DNA of 64,000 bases, from positions 99,696,001 to 99,760,000 of the forward strand of contig NC_043003.1 in NCBI RefSeq assembly GCF_006345805.1. The letters are read 5' to 3'. Below the pieces are notes generated by a model. It did not search any database and was not told the DNA's origin. It saw only the letters and a program-made list of their open reading frames with translations. This document shows, piece by piece, positions 52,525-64,000 of the stretch (its first letter is position 1; each line of letters starts with the position of its first letter). The position numbers and the translations under genes are program-made. This DNA is from Octopus sinensis. Lineage: Eukaryota.

Positions 52525-54080
52525 GTCTAGCTAGTGACAGAAACAACAACGATAAATGCACCGTGGCTACAGAAGTAAGGCCAAAAGCAACGATCTTTGG
52601 TTTTCATACGCTGAACCTGTCCACCGAAGAAGATTTACATGTGAGCAATGAACTCTCTGAGAACTCATTCGGCATGATATAAAGAGTGGTTACATCTCTT
52701 TCAAATCACATCTAACATCGCAGAAGAAGAACAGATCAGATAGTGTAATTCTGTGATAAGCGCAGGGAATTGGTGCCACCCCTGCCCTGCATAGGCCAGT
52801 GTAACCTCTGCGTCTGTGGAAGGCCTGCGGCAAGTTACACAGGGCGAACTTGGCATCGCAAAGCCTTGGTCGGCAACCACGTTAGAGCTGGTGTTATATT
52901 TGAGGTAACCCTTTACATGAAAATTTCAAATAAACACACCCGGGAAGAAAACCATATAAAAATCATTCTCATTACTTGCAATGATGACAACAATTTCGAA
53001 CCCAAATAACAGCATGAACGAGAGCAATGGAGTAGAAGCCCAGACTTCACCCAGTTGCCTACATAATGGTGCAGTTCCAGAGTGGATGATAGAGGGAAAT
53101 AGAACATTGATGATGAAAGATCGGTCAAAGGGCAATGAGGTTGGCAATTATCGACCCGTTGCTTGCCTTAACCTCCTATGTTGAGTATTAACAGACATCT
53201 TCACAGGGAAAATATATACGTTATTGCAGAATGCGATCTCCTTCCAGTATAACAAAAGGGATGTCGAAAACGATCCAAGGGCACCAAGGACAACCTTGTG
53301 ATAGACGAGGTTGTAATGAAGAACTGTAAATGGTACCCAAAAAAAATTTGTGCATGGCCTGGATAGACTTTTAAAAGGCTTACGAACTGTTGCCACATTC
53401 GTGGATTTTGGAAACATTCGACATGTGTGGAATAGCTGAGAACATGTGTGCATTGATTAAGAACAGCATACCTACTTGGAAAACACGTCTTTTCTATAGC
53501 AACCAGCACTTAATCGAGATAACAATCAAAACAGATATCTTCCAAGGAGATTGTTATTTGTTATAACCTTGATTCCGCTTTCTGTAATCCTACACAAAGT
53601 CAACGCAGTCTATGATCTGAGAAAGAATGGACCTCGTCTCAATCACCTTCTCTTCATGGATGATTTAAAGGTTTTCGCAAAAACAGAGCCTGAAATGGAG
53701 AGGCTGGTTGAGACTGTACAGATATGCAGCAAGGATACAGGGATGGAATTCGATATCTCGAAGTGTGAGGTGTTCACTTTGAAACGAAGGAAAAGAGCAG
53801 ATTGTAAGGGCATAGAATTGCCAAACAGAGAGGAAATGGAAGACCTGGATGATGATGGGTACAAGTGCCTAGGAATCCTGGAGCTGGACAATATTTTGCA
53901 CAGAGAAATGAAAGACAAGGCCATCACTGCATATTTCAAGCGGCTCAAACTTCCCCTGAAGTCAAAACTCAAATCAAGGAACCTTGTGACTGCCATCAGT
54001 AAATGGGATTTTGCTGTAGTCCGCTATAGTGTACCCATCCTGAAATGGACACGAGTGGAGATTAACCAACTCGATCGCAT
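52524..54080 (+). mobile_element. Decayed R4-clade LINE RT fragment (family 2)
   Basis: VPEWMIEG..GNYRPVACLNLL, MAWIDF, IFQGD and LNHLLFMDDLKVF. Confidence 0.8.
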
Positions 54081-56619
54081 GCGTGTTTTTCATGTAGTAA
54101 CTGGGAGTACTGGAGTTTAAACGTGTTGTGAGAACAAACTGCGAATTAAACGTCAGCAAGTCTTCCATTTTAAATATTTTTCCTATATTCTTATTCCCAT
54201 TATACATCTTAGATGTGTTAGGAACCTTAGTGAAAACTGTATCCAACTCCTCCAAAAGCGCCTGACCTCATACCTGTGATAGAAATCCTTATTTATTAAG
54301 CAGCAAAGTTGAGCCCTTTTTTCTGATGAGGAGATTGTTAGTAAATGTTTTAAGCTGTCTTTAAGCGGTGATTTTGAAAAGTGTATAACCATCTCGCCTT
54401 TGTACGGATATTCGTGTTCTTACGTTCTGCAATTTAGCCTTTATCCTTGCACTAAAATTTCATCCTTCGACCGTCATCCTATCGATCACCATTTCGTCAT
54501 CTTTCTTGATATTTTATATGCCGTAGAAATGTATTTTAAATATGCAGTTTGAATATAACAGGATGGTGTATCAGGAAGTTTTTGGTCCAATTATTTGTAG
54601 ATCGATGGAATGCGTAGCGGCTTTCTAGCTAGTTCATGTTCATTATTATTAAATAATTGTGAGCTTAATATGGAATCGAGCATCTTACTATGCAGAATGA
54701 ATGTTTGATCTCGGTTAGGATTATGGTTTAATTGATCTTTAGACGGATGACTCAGCAGGAGTTGTTTGTGTTCGTTATCTGGTATGGCTGGGATAGCGGC
54801 AGTACACCTCTCCACCTTTTCTTTGAGCTATTGTAGGTGTTTAGCGCAACACAAGCAGTCCTAGTGCATATCTTTAAGAGTTGTTACAAGCTGAATGACC
54901 TCTCATAGCATGCAGCTGGTCGTATGATATATGAGATATCATGCACTAACATGACACAACTGATCCTGATTAGATACCAGAAATAGTGTATTTCTGACAT
55001 GAAAGACTCATTTCCGATGAGCTGATATTGGTAATTGCTTCGATTTAATCATTTTTAAATATTTTAAAAGGAGTTGTTTTATCTCGTAATTTTTCTTGTC
55101 AGTTAATCAAAAATCCTTATCACGGTCAACTAAAAATTACTTGATTAAAAACCATTAACATTTGCTATTTTGGGACCTTTGTTGTAAAATTCTTACAAGA
55201 TGTACATTTTAATGTCTTAGGAATTACAAAGTTTGCAATTTTTTTGTAACAAGAGGTAGGTACAGACTTTAGATGTGTAGAGGGAAAAGGAAACTTAACA
55301 AACTTTTGCGGTTCTTGACTTAATTAACTCCTCTTGTAGCAATAACCACAGTGTTCTTGATTGGGCACTGTATTGATATTTACTTTCAATTCTTGTACTT
55401 GATCTAATCTGCCTCTATTCCAGATACACGAACTCATTCTTCTACTGAACTGCTTGAAGGAATACTTGAATCTGCAACAGTAAAAGTAAAATACTTAATC
55501 AAACGCGGTTTCCTCCAAACGAATGAGAAATAAAAACATCCATACAATTATCATTTACAAAAATATTTACAAAACCATCTTGACAATCATCATTTACTAC
55601 AAATGTAGAAGAACAAAGTGAAGAAAATGTAACATGAGCCAATGATTCCTCAAATGGTGTTGAATGCAGAAAAGTAATTTCATAAACTGTTACGTCTTGT
55701 AGAACTGTATCATATTCTAGCGAAGTAACATTACTTAAACAATATACAACTAAATTTGTGAGATGTGAGAAGATAAGAAAAAGATTTATTCGTGGCTTGT
55801 GAGTGGTTCCGAAAACTTCGAACCTGAAGTATGCTCGACTGTAATTAATCCAATCCATTTCAAAGACCAGATGTTAGCATTTCCAAAGTATGCTTTAGAT
55901 TCTTTCAATGACTGTACGTTATAGTCAGTAATTTTTGAGAAAAATATTTGCTTCTTTCAAAGACGTCGGCATACATTATTGCTGCCAAAATTCTGTTGAG
56001 TACAAGAGAACAACAACTTGAAACTATGTTTGACCGATTAAATAAATCTAAAATAAAGTTTAACTGTAAAATATTGAGAACTGCAACTTCTTATATAACT
56101 AAAAACAAAGTTGACACAGTTGCAGGAATTAAATGGCGAAAATACTCCTTAAGGATTGTGCTCACAATTTTTATGCGACAAATATAGGAAACAATGTTGC
56201 ACAAGAAATCAGGTCGACTGTCTGCTTCCTTGAAACAAAAGAAAAATAGCCATTCTAATAGGTGAGTCGATTCTCCAAGCAACAAACTTTGAAAGTCATT
56301 TTGAAATGTGAAACGAACGAAATGATCTACATTTTATATTGTTGGAGTTTCTAGAGTTAAACCAGAAACAAAAGCAGAAACTATAAAGGAAAACTTGCTT
56401 TCTGGAGCCTGGGTCTGGTGCCGATTATCTTCAAGACAATCTTATTGCTATTAGTAGTGATAGTGTCACTGTGAATCCACGATTCATTCAGAAAGTATCC
56501 TAAAATTAGGTTGTTACTAAGTAATGGTGATTTTTATTATTTTGATATGTGATGAATATTTTGGAATAGACTTTTATTTAATTATGTTCATAAAATATAT
56601 AATATACAATTTTGGTCTT

Positions 56620-57470
56620 TTGATTTTTGCTCATAGTTTTGATTTTGCTACTCTTTCTTGTTTGTTTGGGGTCTTAAATTAAATGCAAAAGAACGCAAGA
56701 ATCGAAAACTGCACACATCAACCTAACATTTTGGCCAAGGACCAAATGTTAGTTCAACAATTGTTCCTAAAACATTTCAGTGTTGAGACGAGAGCCTTGA
56801 AGATGAACAAGGTTGTGATTGACAAATGACGAACTGGGTGCCACAATTAAAATGGAAATTCGGAAAGCAAGTCATAAGATACAAAACCAAATGTTGAGAT
56901 TCAACAGTTGCTCGACCTTTTTTACCGCATAGTAAAGTCAAGAAAGCCCAACAAATTGGTAGCGCACGAACTGAATGAAAATAAAATCGTTACTACGGTG
57001 TCTGCTCTTCACTTCTTTTACGCTACAAAGGCTATCCATTTTTTAATGACATAACATGGGGCGGAAAATGATCCTGCGGCATTCGGCATAGTGGGTGGAC
57101 CGAGATGAAGCACCAAAATACTTTTCCAAATCGAAACCGCATCAGAAGTTTTATGATCAGCAAATGGAACCATCGCTTACTGTTCTTGAATACTTTCAAA
57201 ATCATCATGGCGTAGAAGTTTTTCCAGGAATTCGACAAAATGCGCCAAGGACTGCAACGTTTAAGATGGAATCGGTCTAATTTTCTCCATAACATACCCG
57301 ATCTTTTATCACGTAAAGAACTGCAAACATTTGTGCTCAAAAGTGGTCAATTTTTATCCATAACAACACCTAACCACAAATTCTCGCCAAATACCCAGCG
57401 TACACCCTAGACCTCTTTCTGATCGACTACAAGTTTTTAAAGCAGCTTGATAACTTCCTGCGACTTCATG
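56620..57470 (+). mobile_element. Highly decayed mariner relic
   Basis: DESLEDEQG (HTH region), LVAHELNENK, DRDEAPKYFSKSKPHQK and TLDLFLIDYKFLKQLDNFL match mariner transposase segments in the expected order. Confidence 0.7.
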
Positions 57471-58489
57471 AGAATAGCTAAGCAACATTAATTATTCGCT
57501 TCCAGGACTCTAGAATTCTATGCTATCGGATTAAAGACTTGTTTCGTATTGATAACAAAATATATAGATTTCTAATGGTTGTTATTTCATTTAGCAAAAC
57601 TATTTTGAGTTGAGATATAGTTTTATTTTTGGTTGTTGTTAAAACCCTTAATTATTTGGCAACAACGTTATATAATTGCATGACGTTGTTTAAATTAACC
57701 TTTGGTCAGAAGCAGATAATATTTCTGAAGTAAATGGTATTTATCATTTTAGCTTGCTGACAGGTAAACTGTACTCTTTCTAAAATCTGTCTTCTAAGAA
57801 TCAAAAAGGGATTCAAGTGGACTGCAAAGCTCCATGAACAAAAGAACCAGATCAGTTTCGAACTCCTTCAGAATTGTTTCAACATTTGGGAATAGCCATA
57901 CAACGCTATGTTATCGTTTTGAACATAATAGCAATAACACTGATAAAAGTGGATTACAAGTTGACCAGTGCACATTTAGAGGATTCCACAAAGGCATTCC
58001 ATCAAAACAGTTTCTCTTTGATCAGCCACTTATATACAATGCATTATCCGAATTATCTCTTCTCTTCTTGATGAGTCCTTACAGAAAAAGGATATCTCTG
58101 TAGTTTACGGAAACAGGTTAATTCGTCGTAGCATGGGATTTTTGGAAGTAATGAAAGAAGAGAATGCTAAGAAAAAGTCACAGAAGCAGAGAGGGAGAAA
58201 GGAAATTAAGTTTGCATCAGTGACACTGACAGCCTGCAAGAGTGTTTCAATCAATCATCGCTAATGTTTAACCAACATATACATACATACTCACATATAC
58301 GCACGCGCACACACACACACTTACATGCATGCAAACATACATACACACACATGTTTACATACACACACACACATCACAGAAGTAGACACCCTATAAAACA
58401 TCGTTTTATGTTTGTTTTAACATGAAAAGGTTTTTATTGTTTTTTAATTGTCATTTTTATGTTTCAGGTTCTGTATGTGACTGTTGAAT

Positions 58490-58570
58490 CTTGCCACGTA
58501 CAAAAGAATCGTTGGAACTGTCCGAATTTCAAAGAGGTCGTATTGTGGGTCAAATTGAAGGTGGAGCATA
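58490..58570 (+). mobile_element. Tc1-like transposase N-terminal relic
   Basis: (L)PRTKESLELSEFQRGRIVGQIEGG*. Confidence 0.5.
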
Positions 58571-58730
58571 ATCCTCGTTGCAAGGCCTCTGGCACAGAAA
58601 AAACGGGTGATAGTTTAGGAACCTGATGCATCTGTGTTTGGCGATGGAAATATGAGAGAGAGTACTGAATGTAGCTTTTTTAAAGTGTGGGTGGTTTAAG
58701 GGTTTTTGTAGTTTCGCAGAGTACGCATGG

Positions 58731-58778
<48 letters not shown>

Positions 58779-59803
58779 ACGCGCGCGCGCGTACGTGTGT
58801 GTATTTGTGTAAAAGTGTGCGAGTACGGATATGATACCTAACTATGTTTGACATACATCGGAAAGTTTGCAATACTGAGCTATGAATGAGACACTTGTGC
58901 AGAATGTGTAGTACGGTTAAAGTGGCAGATAAGCATTTGATATACCTAATTTAAGAAAGAGAAATCTTAAATTTATTGCAGTGTAATCGGTAACACATTT
59001 ACCTGGAAGTTATAAATAGGTCGTATCACGTAAGTGGATCTGTCATATTTTCTGATCTCGTATTACTGCTTAAAATGCTTAGAGTCATCCACAGCTTTCC
59101 TTTTTGATTTATGCTATTAAACGCATTAATCTCCACGGTTTTATCTTTATTTTGCTTAAGCTTCCTGGATCAATATTATTTTCTGATCTCTGTCAAGCAA
59201 TCACTTCTTGCCAGTTTCCATTTTCTCATTGTCATGTAAAATGCCATTCTAACTTTCATTTCTTTTCACATTTTACATACCCTTGACATTTTTAAATCCA
59301 GTTTTGCTCGACATGACACGAATAAGCTTTATATCACTTGCATGTCTTTGGAACAAGTAATTCTTCCTCGGGATTCTTCCCTTCATTATTCCATCTAACA
59401 TTTCTAAATCTATTTTCATGATTCAATAACATTTTCCATACTCTCAGCAACAGTGACTACTCTGTAATTCATGACTGACGCTAGTGTGTGAGTGTGTGTG
59501 TGTGTGTGTGTTTGTGTATGTGTGTGTGTGCGTGTGTGTGTGTGCGTGTATGTGTGTGTGTGTGTGCTCGTTCGCGCGTGCGTGTGCCACGAAAAGATAA
59601 AAAGCAAAGTCGACCTCGACGGAATTTGAACTGCTAAGCATTTTAGTCGGCGTACTAACGATCCTGACACCTCACGCTTTGATGATGTTGCTGATAATAA
59701 TGTTAATAATCCTTTCTACTAAAGGCACAACGCCTAAACTTTTAGGGGAGAGGACTAATCGATTACATTTTGCCCGGCGAACTAACGATTCTGTCAGCTC
59801 GCC

Positions 59804-60700
59804 GCTGAGAATGTATGTGCACGGATTAAGAACAGCATACCTACTTGGAAAACACGTCTTTTCTATAGCAACCAGCACTTAACCGAGATAACAATCAAAA
59901 CAGATATCTTCCAAGGAGACTCTTGTTCACCATTGTTATTTGTTATAACCTTGATCCCGCTTTCTGTAATCCTACACAAAGTCAACGCAGTCTATGATCT
60001 GAGAAAGAATGGACCTCGTCTCAATCACCTTCTCTTCATGGATGATTTAAAGGTTTTCGCAAAAACAGAGCCTGAAATGGAGAGGCTGATTGAGACTGTA
60101 CAGATATGCAGCAAGGATACAGGGATGGAATTCGATATCTCGAAGTGTGAGGTGTTCACTTTGAAACGAAGGAAAAGAGCAGATTGTAAGGGCATAGAAT
60201 TGCCAAACAGAGAGGAAATGGAAGACCTGGATGATGATGGGTACAAGTGCCTAGGAATCCTGGAGCTGGACAATATTTTGCACAGAGAAATGAAAGACAA
60301 GGCCATCACTGCATATTTCAAGCGGCTCAAACTTCTCCTGAAATCAAAACTCAAATCAAGGAACCTTGTGACTGCCATCAGTAAATGGGATTTTGCTGTA
60401 GTCCGCTATAGTGTACCCATCCTGAAATGGACACGAGTGGAGATTAACAACTCGATCGCACTAGCCGAAAGACGACGACAATACATTATACCCCCACCCT
60501 AAGGCGAACATACAGAGGCTCTATATGAAGAGGTGTGAAGATGGACGTGGGTTGACTAGCGTACGGGAGTGCATCAACAATGAAAGAAGAAACATGGCAG
60601 AATATTTGGTAAAGAGTAAACAAGACCTGCTACAGTCTGTTGCTAATGCTGAAGGATTTACCAAAGATGGCCTTGAGAGTTTTAATCAATTATGGAGCCC
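59804..60700 (+). mobile_element. Second copy of R4-clade family 2 RT fragment
   Basis: About 645 bp near-identical to 53435-54080; continues into GRGLTSVRECINNE. Confidence 0.85.
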
Positions 60701-60772
60701 AAGTCAGTTCCCTCGTTGATACGGTATATACCTTCAGTGCTGATATCAGAATGGAGTTCGGACTGTGAAAGT

Positions 60773-61830
60773 GTGGTGTGTTAGTATTGAAGAGAGGCAA
60801 AATCAAATGTATGGACGGACTAACGATACCGTCGGGGGAGGGGGTTATGAAGCAGATAAAAGAGACGGGCTATAAGTACTTGGGGATTTTGGAAATGGAC
60901 AAATTAATGGAGAAAGAAATGACAGAAAAATTTAAGGTGGAGTACTTACACAGACTGAGACTGATCCTTAAGTCGAAATTAAACGGACGGAATAAGATCG
61001 AAGCTATCAATACTTGGGCGTTGGAGCAGGGGTAATCGCATGGACAGTAGACGAACTAAACAGCTTAGACAAAAAGACAAGGAAGTTGCTAACTAGATGT
61101 GGGTCACTCCACCTAAAAAGTGACACAGACAGACTGTATGTACCAAGAAAAGGAAAGGGAAGAGGACTGATTGGATGTGAACACAGCATTAAAGCAAGAA
61201 AACAACATGGTATGTAAAAAATGCCACAGAACCGCTATTATTAGAAGTAGGAAGGTCAGGATTATGTAGGATGAAAGATTGCAAAGATAAAGCACTATAC
61301 AAGAAATTGAAAACGAATGAAACTGAAAATAAGTGGGTAAAGAAAAGTATGCATGAACAATTTCATAGGGATATTGAAGTTAAGACAGACAGAGAAAAAA
61401 GATGGCTGTGGATGACTAAAAGTGAATTAAAACCAGAAACGGAGGCTCTAATCTGTACTGCCTAAGAGCAAGCGCTCAGAACAAACTACATAAAATACAG
61501 ACTAGACAACACATTGGAAAGTGATAAGTGCAGAATCTGTGGACAAAACAGTGAAACCGTATGGCATATTACCAGCCAATGTACGCCACTAGCCCAAAAG
61601 GAATATAAGAGACGCCACGACAATATAGCCAGGCTTGTCCATTGGACACTTTGCAACAAGTAAGGACATGACAGAGCCAAAAATTGGTACGACCACAAAC
61701 CTGAAGACATCATCGAAAATAGAAATGCAAAGATCCTATGGGATTTTATGATTCAGTGCAACCATGAGATTGAGAACAGGAAGCTGGACATTGTCTTAAT
61801 TGAGAAAGAAAACAAACTATGCTGGTTCAT
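60773..61830 (+). mobile_element. Decayed R4-clade LINE fragment (family 3)
   Basis: GYKYLGILE, SDTDRLYVPRK..GRGL, LKPETEALIC, CRICG..HITSQC and KRRHDNIARLVHW. Confidence 0.8.
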
Positions 61831-61956
61831 AGTTGATCCATCATACTCCGGAAGGTGCTCGAAAAATAAGAGGTGTTACCTTAGTTCACTGGTAGTGAAC
61901 AGCTGACACTGTAGTACATCTCAAGCGTTAGAAGCTGTGCAAAGGCAATAATGATG

Positions 61957-62018
<62 letters not shown>

Positions 62019-62020
<2 letters not shown>

Positions 62021-63648
62021 CAAAGAAATAGATATGAAATTTGGATTAGAAAAATGCGCCAAAGCAACCCTGAAAAGAGGAAAACTAGTTAAGAGTAGCA
62101 ACATCACACTAGATAAAGCCAATGAAATAAGAGAATTAGACCAAAGCCAAACGTACAAACATTTAGGAATCCATGAACTAGATAAGACACAACGCACACA
62201 AATGAAAGAGAAAATAAAGAAAGAATACTATAGATGAGTTAGATCAATACTAAAAACAGAGCTCAATGCTAGTCCCAGTTACAAGTTACAGCTACAATAT
62301 CCTTAACTGGACACTAAATGAACTAACCAAAATAGATAGGAAAACAAGAAAAATAATGACAGGATCTAGGATGCATCACCCAAAATCTGACATAGAAAGG
62401 CTATATATACAACGTATAGAAGGTGGTAGAGGCCTTATAAAGCTGGAAAACTATTATAAAATAACCACCATAGGACTGCAAAAATACCTTCATCAGAAGC
62501 AAGGAAAACTGATACAAATAGCGGCAAAACACGAGCAAAACAAAAAATTGTTCTCAGTATTTAAGGAAGCTGACAAATACAAACAAGAAATCATACCACC
62601 TAACAAATATGAAGAAGAAGAAGAAGAAGAAGAAGAAGAAGAAGAGAAGAAGAAGAAGAAGAAGAAGAAGAGAAGAAGAAGAAGAAGAAGAAGAAGAAGA
62701 AGAAGAAGAAGAAGAAGAAGACACAACAAAAGCTATAAAACAAATGAAATCCAAGCTAAAACTAGAACAACAACGGACCTTGATAAAACGATGGCAAGAA
62801 AAGCCCCTTCATGACAAATACTGGACTAAACTAAATGCAAAAGAAATAGACAAAGAAAAATCCCAGCAATGGTTGAGAAGCTCAGGACTCAAAGCAGAGA
62901 AAGTGGGATTTTTAATTGCAGCACAAGACCTCCCCACCAGAAATTACCAAAAACATATAATGAAAAGAAATATAACAAGTAACTGCAGAATATGTGGAGA
63001 TGGACAGGAAACAATAAATCATATTATCTCTGGCTGCCCAGTCCTGGCTAAGAGGGAATATATTCACAGACACGACAGGGTTGGGACCTAGATACACTGG
63101 AAGCTATGCCAACATTATTGAATAACAACAGAAAAAAGATGGTATTGGCACACACCAGAAAAGGTCACAGAAAACGAGAAAGCAACCATACTCTGGGATA
63201 TGTCAATACACACAGATAGAGAAATTAAGGCCAACAGACCAGATATAATTGTCAGAGATCATGAAGAAAAAAATGCTTTCTAATTGATGTATCAACACCA
63301 GAAGATGACAACGTGTCTCTAAAAGAAATGAAGAAACTTTCACAAATACAAAGACCTGGAAATAGAGGTAACTAGAATGTGGAATCTAAAAACAGAAACA
63401 ATTCCTATCATAGTAGGTGCATTAGGCATGATTAAAAAATATTCAGACAAATACATATCAAAGACACCAGGACTTACAAACACATAACATACAGAAAATT
63501 GCACTACTAGGCACTGCACACATCCTACGCAGAACACTTTCAATACAGTAACCATCAGAGCATCACAACAAATCACAGCACATACCCGAGGCACACAGAG
63601 CTGCACTCGGTAGTGAAGCGAAAGCACGCTATAAAAATAAAGCTACTG
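62019..63648 (+). mobile_element. 5'-truncated Dong-like LINE (same family as 48258-51485) with expanded (GAA)n
   Basis: Collinear with 49905-51485, with stops and deletions. (AAT)n on the left and (AAC)(AAT)n on the right. Confidence 0.92.
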
Positions 63649-63689
63649 AACAACAACAACAACAACAACAACAATAATAATAATAATAA

Positions 63690-63992
63690 GGCATCATCGA
63701 AAATGGTAATGCAAAGATCCTATGGGATTTTATGATTCAGTACGACGATGAGATAGAGAATAGGAAACCAGACATAGTAATAATTGAGAAAGAAAACACA
63801 CGATGCTGGATCATAGATATAGCATGCCCAGCTGACAAGGTATGCGATAAGGAAGAAAGAAAAGTCGATAGATATAACAGGTTAGCTTGGGAGTTTAAGC
63901 AGTTGTGGTCGATGAAAAAGGTAGTAGTAGTAGTACCAATAATTGTCGGAACCCTGGTAACAATGAGTAAAAATCTTGAGAAGTACATGGAA
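63690..63992 (+). mobile_element. R4-clade family 3 endonuclease fragment
   Basis: ILWDFMIQYDDEIENRKPDIVIIEK..CWIIDIACP..KVDRY..VPIIVGTL; similar to 61710-61830. Confidence 0.8.
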
Positions 63993-64000
63993 TAGGCGCT

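Overview
This is AT-rich, microsatellite-dense animal DNA. The mix of (TA)n, (GATA)n, (AAT)n and (CA)n tracts, tRNA-derived SINEs and R4/Dong LINEs suggests an octopus-like cephalopod, but that is inference only. One host coding exon is well supported: a 1.86-kb minus-strand exon (7086-5232) encoding about 580 low-complexity residues plus the start of a CD225/dispanin membrane domain, ending at a GTAAGT donor; I found no downstream exon in the window. The rest is mostly transposon-derived: a Buster-type hAT carrying a nested full-length mariner, both inside an older R4-clade LINE; a MULE nested in a maT-like element; further Tc1/mariner relics; CR1/L2-group LINEs that share a 3' tail with a SINE family; Penelope-like fragments; and a same-orientation cluster of (AAT)n-associated Dong-like LINEs at 46-64 kb. 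The least explained structures are three inverted-repeat foldbacks (25.9, 26.5 and 31.7-33.7 kb) whose arms each carry an outward-facing GAA(A/G)CAGCTGTAA motif that fits a minimal hammerhead ribozyme, an unclassified 560-bp (AAT)n-flanked element, and a possibly decayed coding region at 54-58 kb. No prokaryotic systems, CRISPR arrays, rRNA or true tRNA genes are supported. All alignments and translations beyond the supplied ORF track were done by eye, so many boundaries are approximate.
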